A stretch of 63,168 nt of DNA, counting the filler, from Craspedostauros australis (Eukaryota): NCBI GenBank assembly GCA_030167865.1. It is 10 parts of 10 records of this genome, joined end to end, with 100 filler letters (N's around TTAATTAATTAA, not from the genome) between each part and the next. Parts side by side here need not be neighbours in the genome. Positions count along the whole stretch, not along the records: positions 43,277 to 56,651 come from JALAGF010003810.1; positions 56,752 to 61,435 come from JALAGF010003811.1; 8 more parts are not named here. One strand, given 5' to 3'. The notes beneath the pieces are model-generated. The model was not told the origin of the DNA and made no database searches. It saw nothing but the letters and a program-made list of their open reading frames with translations. The translations under genes were made by a program, and so were the position numbers. Positions 50,190-60,973 of this stretch are shown one piece after another; position 1 is the stretch's first letter; each line of letters begins with the position of its first letter.

Positions 50190-51467
50190 ATGAGCGTGAT
50201 CCTGGCAACGGGCGGCTACGACCACAAGATCCGATTCTGGGATGCCCCTTCCGGTGCCTGCGTCCGCGTCATCCCCTTCCCCGATTCTCCCATCAACAAG
50301 TTGGAGATCACGTCGGGCAAGCAGTGCATCGCCGCTGCGGGCAATCCCAACATCGAGATCTTCGACGTCGACAGCCAGAACCCGCAGCCCGTTCTGACAT
50401 TGAAGGGGCACAAGGACGCCGTCACGTCGATCGGGTTTCAGATGGATGCGCGTTACCTGTACAGCGGATCGGAGGACGGCACGATCAAGCTGTGGGATCT
50501 GCGCGGATCCTCCTACTCGCGCAGCATGGATTGCAAGGGACCCGTGCGGTCCGTCACGTTGCGCGAAGATCGCGATGAGATCATCTCGGGCGATTCCAAC
50601 GGGATGGTCAAGATTTGGGATTTGGGGCGAGATGCGGCCGAGAATGGCAGCATCGTCGCTATGCAGCCCGGCGATTCGGGGACCTTGACGTCCGCGATTC
50701 AGGCCGTGGATATATCGGCGGATTCCAAGACGTTGGTGGCAGCCAACAATCATGGCATGGTCTTTGCTTGGGATCCCAACACGCCGGTGACGGTGATGGA
50801 CGAGTCTCCGATTGTGTCTCCAGATGCGCCTGTCGACGGCGATGCCTCCAAAAGAAGGCAGGATCAGTTGGATGTGGATCTAGACAACAAGAGTGCTGCT
50901 GCCAATGTTGACGGCAATGATGATAATGGCTATGGTGATGATGGTGATGTTGGCGACAACAACACTGGCAACCGCAGCACAAAGGATGTTAATGATGACG
51001 CTGACGACGAAGGAGAGAGTGACGACGTCCACCACGACAGCGCTGACCACGAACAGGAAGATCGAGATCAAAAACTGCCACAGCACGATGCAGCTACACC
51101 ATCATCAACAGCGACTTCCAATTCACCCCAACTCAAGCTGCTCACCCAATTCCGCGCTCACCCCATCGGCACTTACTGCCTGCACGCTCGCCTTGCACCA
51201 AGCCGCGACATCCTCTGCACCACCAGCAGCGATGGCTCCGCCAAGCTATGGAACACGTCCACGTGGATGCTGGAGCACGATCTCAAGCGGCATTCCAAAT
51301 GGGTCTGGGATGCCGCATTCTGTGAGGACTCCAGCTACCTCGTCACCGCCAGCAGCGACAAGACTGCCAAGCTGTGGAATCTTGGCACCGCCGGCGACGT
51401 CGTCCGACAATACCATGGGCACGAATCCACGGTTACGTGCGTGGCATTGAACGATAACAGTAATTAG
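50190..51467 (+). CDS. LST8: TOR complex subunit LST8 (WD40) with an acidic insertion
   Basis: MSVILATGGYDHKIRFW, YSGSEDGTIKLWDLR, KWVWDAAF..DSSYLVTASSD and C-terminal CVALND. Confidence 0.93.
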   Translation: MSVILATGGYDHKIRFWDAPSGACVRVIPFPDSPINKLEITSGKQCIAAAGNPNIEIFDVDSQNPQPVLTLKGHKDAVTSIGFQMDARYLYSGSEDGTIKLWDLRGSSYSRSMDCKGPVRSVTLREDRDEIISGDSNGMVKIWDLGRDAAENGSIVAMQPGDSGTLTSAIQAVDISADSKTLVAANNHGMVFAWDPNTPVTVMDESPIVSPDAPVDGDASKRRQDQLDVDLDNKSAAANVDGNDDNGYGDDGDVGDNNTGNRSTKDVNDDADDEGESDDVHHDSADHEQEDRDQKLPQHDAATPSSTATSNSPQLKLLTQFRAHPIGTYCLHARLAPSRDILCTTSSDGSAKLWNTSTWMLEHDLKRHSKWVWDAAFCEDSSYLVTASSDKTAKLWNLGTAGDVVRQYHGHESTVTCVALNDNSN

Positions 51468-51570
51468 CATGGAATAGATTGTAGTGCTCTCTAGAGCGTG
51501 CTCTGGAACACTTCAATACCATGCGCGCGCTACATGCGGTTGAAGTAGAGATACCGTACCAAAACACTTT

Positions 51571-52113
51571 CTATTTGTAGGACGAGTTCATGAATTCCAG
51601 CAACTCTTGCCTCGCCTTTTCATGCGCCAGATCTTCCGCCGTCTTGTTGATCTTCAATTTGAGCTTCTTGCCTGTGATCACGCTGCGGCGAACATCGTCG
51701 TCGCCGTCGCTCTTTCGTTTCTTGGTCTTTTTGCTGCTCTTCTTTTTCGGTTTCTTTGACTTCTTCTTCTTCTTGCGACGTTTCTTGCGTGCTTCCTCTT
51801 CGCTGCTGTCGCTGTCGCTATCGCTGTCGCTATCATCGCGCGATGGCCGTCGTCGCTTGGAAGATGATCGTTTTCGTCGTTTCGATTTGCGGCTTGACTT
51901 CTTTTTGGCGACCTCATCGTCGTCGCTGTCATCGCTATCGCTGTCGTCATTGTCCCGCCTTCGTTTCTTGTGCGATGGCTTTTTCTTTTTGCGCGATTTC
52001 TTCTCGCGGCTTTCCTCTTCGGACGAGGAGGAGCTGCTGTCGCTGCTGTCATCGTCATCTGACGAGGAAGAAGAGGAACTCTCTTCTTCCTCTTTTCGTT
52101 TGGATCGTCCCAT
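51571..52113 (-). CDS. Low-complexity Ser/Asp/Lys/Arg-rich, probably nuclear protein
   Basis: ATG at 52113. Alternating acidic and basic tracts end in an ordered-looking RRSVITGKKLKLK..RQELLEFMN motif. Confidence 0.75.
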   Translation of the reverse strand: MGRSKRKEEEESSSSSSSDDDDSSDSSSSSSEEESREKKSRKKKKPSHKKRRRDNDDSDSDDSDDDEVAKKKSSRKSKRRKRSSSKRRRPSRDDSDSDSDSDSSEEEARKKRRKKKKKSKKPKKKSSKKTKKRKSDGDDDVRRSVITGKKLKLKINKTAEDLAHEKARQELLEFMNSSYK

Positions 52114-52688
52114 GGTGAAGTGTTGCGGTAATCTGTCCAATTATATTAAAGTGGTGGACTGGGAGCGAATCTCAATGCTGTATAATATTATATCTGCGTT
52201 CGAAATTGTTCACGAAAGGCAAAGAAAACGATGATGAAGTTGATGATGAAGTTGATGATGTGATGGCGATGGCTGACGATGGGATCATGTGATGTTCCAG
52301 CACTTGCGGTGTGCCAAGGAAGACAAAAGCAAACACCATTCGAAAACACGCGCACTTGCCGACTGCGAGGCACCCATGATGAGTTTGGTTGGTGGGAGAT
52401 GGCGGGAAAACACTGACGACGGACGCACAAGAATGAACGTAACCACGACTGACTGATTCCAAAGTGATTCTGTGTTGGTGGTCGCTGCCGACCCATCACC
52501 AACAGTTTGCGACAAACAAAGTGCACTTCCGTGGGTTCATCCACTCACCCACTCATCCATCGCGTCCATCGCGTCCATTGCATCTAGCAATCCAACATCC
52601 TCGAAGTCTCTATCGACCACTCTGACACGCTGTCAGAAGGAAACTCGAAGGACGGAAACGCGAGGGAAGGAAGGAAGAATGACAAGAG

Positions 52689-54068
52689 ATGAGAGCGTTT
52701 TACTTTCGAAGAAAGATGAAACGACCTTCTATGCCAACTCTGTCGGCATTGGTGCTCCTGTCGTCGACATTGCATCTACTGTCGCTATTAACACTGCCAT
52801 CATTTCGTGATGGAAGCACCGCACTCTTTTGTGAGGCACTCAGCACCACAGGAGCAGTGACACCAACGCCGTCCATCATTGAACAGCAGCGGCAAAACCA
52901 AATGCATCATCAGCACCAGCGTGACTACCCAGACTCATCTGCGGACACCAGCGCTGAATGCGATCTGCGTGCTCCCACCTCGTCTCGCATTGACGACAAA
53001 CACGAAATTCTCGCGAGCAAATGCCAGGACTACACCATTCCGAATCGACGCATCCAATACAAGCACGTTGAATGGAGCGGTTCTGCTCTGCCGATGCAAA
53101 TCTTCTCTGCTCCGAACAGCGAGAAGCAGGCGCCGAACTACAAAACCAACCTTCCTGCGGGTCGCAAACCCACCTCCCCAAACGACAATGATGTCGACCT
53201 CAGTTCCATCAGCATAGAAGAGCTCCAATCCATGAATCTCTCCAAATCGTCGCATGAACTCCTCAAACGATATTCCGAACTCTCCGAACGACAGCAGAGG
53301 CAGCTCATCCAGAAGATACGTGCCGAGCATCGCGCGAGCCAACCACTGGATCCAAATCTGATGGAGATTCTGTACTGCGACGAGCACATCTGCGTCGCCA
53401 ACAAACCTAGCGGCATCCTCAGCGTCCCTGGCCCACGGCGCAATCCTTCCTTGGCGAACCTGCTGTACGACGCTCTGCAACCCACCGATCTGGATTCCGT
53501 TGATCAGATGATCGTGCATCGGTTGGATATGGCGACGAGCGGCATCATCGTCTACGCGCTGACACGCCAGGCCTTGTGCCAACTGCACTTGGATTTCAAA
53601 CAGCGGAACGTCATTAAGATCTATCACGCGCTCCTTCCAGGACACTTGGACGATCGATACGCGGAAGGCGAGATCGATGTCACGATGGAACGAGATCCCA
53701 ACAATCCACCCTACATGCGCGTCTACAACGTCGCGACGGCCGACTTGGACAAGGAAACGCCAGCATTCTCGCCGGATCACAAGTTCTTTCGAGAATCCAA
53801 AAAGACCAGCCAGACCACGTACCGCGTATTGCGACGGCACACCAGCGGCAACGATCCCATGACGCGCATCGAACTGAAACCATGGACGGGACGGACGCAC
53901 CAACTGCGAGTGCATTGCGCGCAAGTGTTGGGATATCCAATCTTGGGTGATGAGATCTACAGGTCGGAGGATTTGGACATTCCCTTGTGTTTGCATGCGC
54001 ACAGGCTGTGCATCAATCATCCCATCTCAGGCGCACCCATGATCTTTCAAGTCGATCCACCTTTTTGA
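52689..54068 (+). CDS. RluA-family pseudouridine synthase with N-terminal targeting-like extension
   Basis: NKPSGILSVPG, catalytic VHRLDMATSG, TGRTHQLRVH, PILGDEIY and LHAHRL. Start could be 52689, 52716 or 52731. Confidence 0.93.
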   Translation: MRAFYFRRKMKRPSMPTLSALVLLSSTLHLLSLLTLPSFRDGSTALFCEALSTTGAVTPTPSIIEQQRQNQMHHQHQRDYPDSSADTSAECDLRAPTSSRIDDKHEILASKCQDYTIPNRRIQYKHVEWSGSALPMQIFSAPNSEKQAPNYKTNLPAGRKPTSPNDNDVDLSSISIEELQSMNLSKSSHELLKRYSELSERQQRQLIQKIRAEHRASQPLDPNLMEILYCDEHICVANKPSGILSVPGPRRNPSLANLLYDALQPTDLDSVDQMIVHRLDMATSGIIVYALTRQALCQLHLDFKQRNVIKIYHALLPGHLDDRYAEGEIDVTMERDPNNPPYMRVYNVATADLDKETPAFSPDHKFFRESKKTSQTTYRVLRRHTSGNDPMTRIELKPWTGRTHQLRVHCAQVLGYPILGDEIYRSEDLDIPLCLHAHRLCINHPISGAPMIFQVDPPF

Positions 54069-54187
54069 AACTACACCGTTCTTTTCGGTTGGAAATAGGA
54101 CGCAATGGAGTGCTTGTATTAACATGCTCTTGAATCATAATACATTAAGGTATAGTAGTAACGACAGCACTCTAACGAGAGATGTGA

Positions 54188-54273
54188 CGAAACCGCATGG
54201 CGTAATTGATTCTTTCGTGAATCTGACATCCTCGATTCAGTCATTCCATCAGTTCATACCATTGCGTTTTCTG
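54188..54273 (-). promoter_or_regulatory. Candidate atypical SECIS-like hairpin in the 3' UTR of the SelU gene
   Basis: Minus strand reads GAAAACGCAATGGTATGAACTGAT-gga-ATGAC-TGAATC-gaggatgtca-GATTCA-CGAA-aga-ATCAATTACGCCATGCGGTTTC: a long lower helix and an AUGA/GA core, but a short upper helix and no apical AA. Confidence 0.35.
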
Positions 54274-54469
54274 CATTTCTTTGTCTTGCTGCGTTCTTTG
54301 GGATTGCTTGTGATGTTCTGTGCCTCGCTACAACTGCGGCATCAGACAGATAATCGTTCCGTGGAGGCGTCGCTTGAGAGGAGTTCACTTGGTTGCTCGT
54401 CTTGACAATCGCTCTGCAATATCATACGCAGTCGTGCGAATGCTCAGCCTTTCTCTTTCCCTCTTCTTT

Positions 54470-55492
54470 CTATTTATCAGCGTCCACCCCAATTTTCAGC
54501 ACTTCCAATGCAGCCACGATATCTGCCACCGGCAAGTCTTCACCAGTCTCTTCTTGGTAGGAGTACCTGGGCTTGCCTTTCGTATCGAACAGTATCAAAC
54601 CGCCTTTCAGTAGACCTTCTCCTTTCGTATTCCCGCTGATATTCTTCTCCTGAATCCGACTTATCCAACTGAAGACGCCCATCATCATGCTCCACAGTGC
54701 CGGCAAGTCTGTGGCACGTCGATCACCCAGCGCCTGATAGAATGCGAACGATTTATCGCAAAAGAGCGGCGCGTCAAGAAAATACTTCTGGGAGAACTCC
54801 ATGAGACCTTCATCGTCGATGCCCGTCTCCTTGACAACACCGAACAGTCCGAAACCCTCCAATGAATTTGTGTCGGCAGCAAGCGCGCTCAAGGTAAGTG
54901 CGTGCTCCCGACACAAGAATCATCCTGGTCGGCGAACGACGAAGCAAATGCCTAGAGAGAGAGATTGTGCGTTGCGCAGCGCAGCGCAGAAAATGCAGAG
55001 CCGAGTTACGCAGCGTTAGTTGTGCTTTCGTTGAGACGCAACACAGCGCAGCATAACGCAACACAGCATACTGTGGCAAACTGCGGGTCGACGTCCACTT
55101 ACTCCCGTATTTCCCAGTCTGTTCTCGGATCATCTCGCGACTTCGCAACACATCAATTTCAGAAACGGAGTCCTTCGTGATTCTCAATTGGACCATCTGT
55201 TTGGTACCGGAATGAATAGAAGGATGCAATGCAACGCAATGGAACGGAGAATTGTGAGGGTGCAGGACGACAATGACAGTCCATGCAATGCAAACCAATG
55301 AGTGCGCACTTGCGCTATCCATATGTACTCGTACATACGTACCGCCGCATCATTCAAGGCAGTTGGGTTGACGGTGGGGGCCAGCAGCATACGTGAAGAT
55401 GGAGCCGCAGCGGTTGCTCGCTGTTCCAACTGCCTTTGCACCGATTCTACGACCGCCTCGGGAAAGACCCGTCGGGAACACGAGCTGGCCAT
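54470..55492 (-). CDS. SELENOU: Selenoprotein U / PRXL2A-like (AhpC-TSA_2) protein with in-frame UGA; exons 55492-55343, 55196-55103, 54951-54470
   Basis: Canonical GT-AG introns give a continuous 241-aa frame containing ICFVVRRPG-TGA-FLCREHA (UxxC; TGA at 54922-54920), followed by GVVKET, FYQALG, GNTKGEGLLKGG and YQEETG. Confidence 0.85.
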
Positions 55493-56177
55493 GGTGGATG
55501 CAATACACTGTCCTGAAATTGACGTGTATTTGGGCGTGAACGTAGTATTGTGATTGGAGTGATAATTGTGAGTATCACCAGCTGATGGTCTCTGCTTCCA
55601 TGATGATGACGATGAATGTTCCTTGGTGATGTGCAGATTAGAGAGGTTTCGCATTCCACTCAGCCATTCCCGCGAGGGAGTCATAACCTGATAGAGACAT
55701 TTATCCGGGGGTGGCAAGAAATCACCCCCTCGCTCAGTGGAATTGATTTCCATTTCTGGCGCAGAAATGGAAATCATTTCCACTCAGAGAGTCCCGGCAA
55801 AAGTGTCACTTCCACATGGATAATAGACTTTGGCCAATCATGTTGTGTTATTTCGTTCTAGTTTAGTCCTTCTTGTCCTCCACATCCGTCTACGTTGGCC
55901 GCCATCGTAGACTTTTGCGTTCGTTTTGGAACAACAAAGAGAAAAACATCATCCATCACATCGCCATCACATCACTGTCACATCACTGTCACATCACCAT
56001 CGCTCGATTCTCTCATCTCGATTCTCTCATTCCAAGACAATCATCCGTCACAACCCACCTCATGACTACACCTCGATGCTCCACATCGACCAACACCTTG
56101 CACGAGACATCAACATTCCCACCACATACCACCACCTGTGTCGTTTCTGACGCATATTCTGCTTCCCTCTATTCGTC

Positions 56178-56651
56178 ATGGACGGCTCCCCTCCTCCCGC
56201 GGCTCCATCTATCGCCCCGTCGGAGACCAGCAGCGACAGCAAGGTCACGCCAAGTGGAACGACCGGCGCACCCGCAACCTTCGCCTTTCCACCACCTGTG
56301 TTAGCCAAGGACGAGAAGCTCCCACCTGGCTTTGAACACTGCACTTTCAGGTTCACGCTGGCGCAGCCTCAAGCCAACGTTGGTGCTGTCTTCGACGCGA
56401 GCAACGGCAACGACGTCGACGCGATGGCCAACTCTGGCAAGCCTCGCGCTTCGCCATCTGTCACCCATCAGCCTCCGGCAGAACCATCACCACCAAGCAA
56501 CAGCAGCAGCAGCAGCAGCAGCAACAACAACAAGAAGCGGGCGTACCGTCGCAAGAAGGCACCTGCGCCTTCCATATCGTCTGCGGTGGCGACAGCCAGT
56601 GATGGCAACACGCCAACCTCTCCCATCGTCCGCAAATCCAGACGAAAATTC
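56178..56651 (+). CDS. 5' part of a Pro/Ser-rich protein with basic NLS-like motifs, truncated by contig end
   Basis: Open from ATG 56178 to the gap; contains KKRAYRRKK and RKSRRKF. Confidence 0.5.
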
Positions 56652-57514
56652 NNNNNNNNNNNNNNNNNNNNNNNNNNNNNNNNNNNNNNNNNNNNTTAAT
56701 TAATTAANNNNNNNNNNNNNNNNNNNNNNNNNNNNNNNNNNNNNNNNNNNNCGCTCCGCCCCTCCCCTCTGTTCGTGGATGTCTTCCCACAGTCATTCTT
56801 TGTTTTGTTTCGTGTTCGCCTGTTTCCTTGTGCTTTATCCACTCCGGAGTTGGGCTTGTCAAGTGCCTGGGCGGTCACGTCGAAGACCCTCTTTTCTGTT
56901 GTTTCCGTCACACCAGAGTTGCATTCGTGTGGTTTTCTGTTTGCGTCTGCTCATTGTCGCCAACTCGCCTTCAACACCCATGCGCATGCTACGGCCTTTT
57001 TCAGTCTCGTCCGATGCCACATATCCGTGCGGGTGCGACACAGTGGCTACAGTCAACATCCTGCAGCCTGTGCGCACCTTCCTCGTATCGGATCTCTGCA
57101 GTACCCTGTGACTCTGCCTGTGCTTTCTCCCATGCAAATATTCCTTCCTGCTTCTATGCATGCCCAACCCCTGGCTCCGACGCCAGCAGCTATCCCATTT
57201 TTGTAGCCATTGCCTGCCTCTTTACTTTCTTGAATCTACAACAACACATGCGATTCATATAATAACTTCTAGATAACTGCTTCTCCATGGGACAAGTTCG
57301 GGTGCAGGCTGCTTTTGCTGCGTTCGACACCTCTCCAGGTTATTCTAATGTACTTGTAATTCGTGCTGCCTCACCGTTCTGTTTGCGATGTGAGGAATCT
57401 CTGATGTTGGACGGACCATTCACGTGTCATACAAGCTGTGACATGTCCCATTCGGTGTGGTGTTACACCAGAGTAGTCGCAGTAATACCAAGAATAGCGC
57501 TCAGCAATACCATC

Positions 57515-59070
57515 GACGTCTGCGATGAGGATGCGGATGATGCTTGTCGCTGTCGTGAAGGTTGTGGTGTCTGTGAATGATGAGGATGCGGGTGAGGATG
57601 ATGCATGTCGATGTCGTGAAGGTTGTGGCGTTGGCGGATGATGAGGATGTGGGTGATGCTTGTTGCTGTCGTCAAGGTTGTGGTGTCTGTGAATGATGCG
57701 GGTGAGGATGATGCTTGTCGCTGTTGTGAAGGTTGTGGTGTCGGCAGACGATGAGGATGCGGGTGAGGATGATGCTTGTTGCTGTTGTCGACAAGGCTGT
57801 GGCATCAGCAAATGATGAGGATGCGAGTGAGGATGATGCTCGTCGCTGTCGTCAAGGCTGTGGTGTCTGCGGATGATGAGCATGTTGATGAGGATGATGA
57901 TCGTCGCTGTCGTCAAGGTTGTGGCGTCTGCGAATGATGAGGATGCGGGTGAGGATGATGATCGTCGCTGTCGTCAAGGTTGTGGCGTCTGCGAATGATG
58001 AGCATGCGGGTGAGGATGATGCTTGTCGCTGTTGCCAAGGTTGTGGCGTCTGCGGATGATGAGCATGTTGATGAGGATGATGCTCGTCGCTGTCGTCAAG
58101 GTTGTGGCGTCTGCGGATGATGAGGATGCGGGTGAGGATGATGCTCGTCGCTGTTGGCAAGGTTGTGGCGTCTGTGGATGATGAGGATGCGGGTGAGGAT
58201 GATGCTTGTCGCTGTCGTCGTCAAGGCTGTGGCGTCTGTGGATGATGAGCATGTTGATGAGGATGATGCTTGTCGCTGTCGTCGACAAGGCTGTGGTGTC
58301 TGCAGATGATGAGGATGCGGGTGAAGATGATGCTCGTCGCTGTTGCCAAGGTTGTGGCGTCTGCGGATGATGAGGATGCGGGTGAGGATGATGCTTGTCG
58401 CTGTCGTCGTCAAGGCTGTGGCGTCTGCGAATGATGAGCATGCGGGTGAGGATGATGGTCGTCGCTGTCGCCAAGGCTGTGGCGTCTGCGAATGATGAGC
58501 ATGTTGATGAGGATGATGCTCATTGCTGTTGTCAAGGTTGTGGTCTGCGGATGATGCGGATGAGGGTGAGGATGATGCTCGTCGCTGTCGTTGTCAAGGT
58601 TGTGGTCTGCGGATGATGAGGATGCGGGTGAGGATGATGCTTGTCACTGTTGTCAAGGTTGTGGTCTGCGGATGATGAGGGTGAGGGTGAGGATGAGGAT
58701 GATGAGGGTGAGAATGATGCTCGTCGCTGTCGTCGTCAAGGCTGTGGCGTCTGCGTCTGCGGATGATGCGGGTGAGGATGATGCTCATCACTGTCGTCAA
58801 GGCTGTGGCGTCTGCGGATGATGCGGATGAGGGTGAGGATGATGCTCGTCGCTGTTGTTGTCAAGGTTGTGGTCTGCGGATGATGAGGATGCGGGTGAGG
58901 ATGATGCTCGTCGCTGTCGTCAAGGTTGTGGTCTGCGGATGATGAGGGTGAGGGTGAGGATGATGAGGATGATGAGGATGATGAGGGTGAGAATGATGCT
59001 TGTCGCTGTCGTCGTCAAGGCTGTGGTGTCGGCGGATGATGAGGATGAGGATGATTCTCGTCGCTGTCGT
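57515..59070. repeat. 61-bp (58-64 bp variants) tandem satellite, roughly two dozen units
   Basis: Consensus approximately CGTCGCTGTCGTCAAGGTTGTGGCGTCTGCGGATGATGAGGATGCGGGTGAGGATGATGCT. Confidence 0.93.
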
Positions 59071-59549
59071 TGTGATTGTTTGGTTGTTGGCGTCCTTTTC
59101 AGCATGCCGTCTTGCTGCTTGGATTTTGTGCTCTTGAGTTACTGTGTGGTTTTGTTGGGGCAGTTTCGATTCGCGTTGTCGTCCTGATTAGTATATCCGG
59201 TACAAGTCTGTCTTCCCTTCCATTTGCCGGTTTTGGCTGTCATCGATCGAAGGAAATTCTATCGCTGCCAATTTCTCCTAGTAGTTGTCTGCGTAGCCTA
59301 GACAACTAGGCGTACCGAAGGACGAAAAACTGCAGCTGATCACCGGAAAAGAACGATAAGTGCATTCATCCTGTGTCCCCAGGTGGATAGTTATGCAATA
59401 ATCTTGATGACCTTATTCCAGTGTGCAGCTTGTGGTGTTGTGATACAAGGTTGCATCACATGCAAGAGGTGAAAATGTGGCACATTGACCACAAGCCCAC
59501 ATGATAGGGCTGACCTCACAATATCGTGGCTGTTGTGGCATCATCCACC

Positions 59550-60973
59550 ATGGCATCACCCACCAAAGCACGAAAAAAACATGTGCATCTCAATGATGAG
59601 ATGCGCAACAACATTATGTTTGAGCTTCACCTTCATCAAACTGCTGGTGCTCCTCGTCTGCCAAGAGGCAAGGGGATTGTGCAACAAATTGCAACAAAGT
59701 TCAAAGTTGACAAGTCCACTGTGTACAACATCAAAAGAGCATCGCAGAAGATTGTCCCAGGCTCTGCTATTCCTGTTGTGGACACCACACAGAACAAGAG
59801 AAGCAACTGTGGTCGCAAGCGTAAGCACACTGTGGAAGAAATTCAGCAAAAAGTGCGTGCATTGCCAGTTGAAGATGCCCAAACTATTTGCTCTGTGGCA
59901 ACAGCAATTGGAATCGACCCATCGGTACTCTTGCGATCCGGAGCTTTGGAATGCAAGAATGTGCGAAACTCGATGCAGATGACCGAGGTACAAGAACAGA
60001 ATCGCCTTGACTTCTGCTTGGACCACCTTTGTGATGATGAGAAATACTCAGGCATGGATACCGTGGTCCATGTGGACGAGAAATGGTTCATGACTAACAA
60101 AATTGTCAGGACATTGTGGCAAGCAAAAGGTGACAAACCTCGAAAAGTGTTTGGCGCAACCTCTCCAAACGCATCTCTAAAACTCATGTACCTTGTGGCG
60201 GTTGCCAAACCACAGTACGACGATGAAGGCAACATGGTGTTTGATGGCAAGCTGGGTTGTTGGCCAATTGGGGACGTTGTGCTCGCGAAACGCAATTCCT
60301 GCAACAGGGACAAAGGCACTCCTGAATGGAAAAAGAAGAACATCACCCGCGAGGTGTACACAGACATGATGTTCACTGAGGTCATTCCTGTCATTCTCCA
60401 AAAGTTCCCCAACGGAAACTCTCCTGTACGCATTCAACAAGATGGAGCAAAACCGCACCTTTTAGTACCTGACTTCGAAAAAAATGGAACAACGAGAAGC
60501 GCGAATTGATCGCCAAACACGTCAGTGGCGGTCATTGGGACCACCGTGAAATTGAGCTGTACACGCAACCAGCCAAAAGCCCTGATCTGAACGTGCTTGA
60601 TCTTGGCCTGTTCAACTCGATGCAGAGCAGGCAACTGAAGACGAACGCATCTGGCCTCACCGACCTCAACAATCGGATGATGCAAATGTTCGCCGAGTAT
60701 CCACCTGAAAATCTCTGCAAAGTGTTCCTCACGTTGCAAAAAGTGATGGACGAGATCATCGTGCACAAAGGGAGCAATGACTACAACCTGCCTCACCTGC
60801 GAAAAAACAAGCTCATGAATGATGGACCACTGCCACACCGTGTGGAGGCGTCACCACAAGCAAAGAGAGCGAAAAAGGAAAGGGACGAAAAACGAGCACA
60901 AGCAGCAGCAGTGGAGGCAGCACAAGCAGCAGCAGAAGTAGCATCACAAGCATCACAAATTGCAGAGGTGTAA
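59550..60973 (+). mobile_element. Tc1/mariner (plant-mariner DD39D-like) transposase split by a -1 frameshift at 60478-60484
   Basis: NCGRKRK, VHVDEKWF, YLVAVAKP..FDGKLGCWP, KRNSCNRDKGT and IQQDGAKPH, then QPAKSPDLNVLDLGLFNSMQS and GSNDYNLPH in the -1 frame. TIRs not identified. Confidence 0.92.

Noticed and set aside
46515..54068. Functional RNA-metabolism cluster (PNPase, RluA, plus TrmA elsewhere)
   Set aside because: The genes are interspersed with unrelated ones and TrmA is on another contig; ordinary gene-dense eukaryotic arrangement.
57371..59187. His/Pro-rich or Ser/Thr-rich repeat protein ORFs, or a CRISPR-like array
   Set aside because: They are translations of a 61-bp satellite cycling through frames with scattered stops. 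There are no unique spacers and no cas genes.
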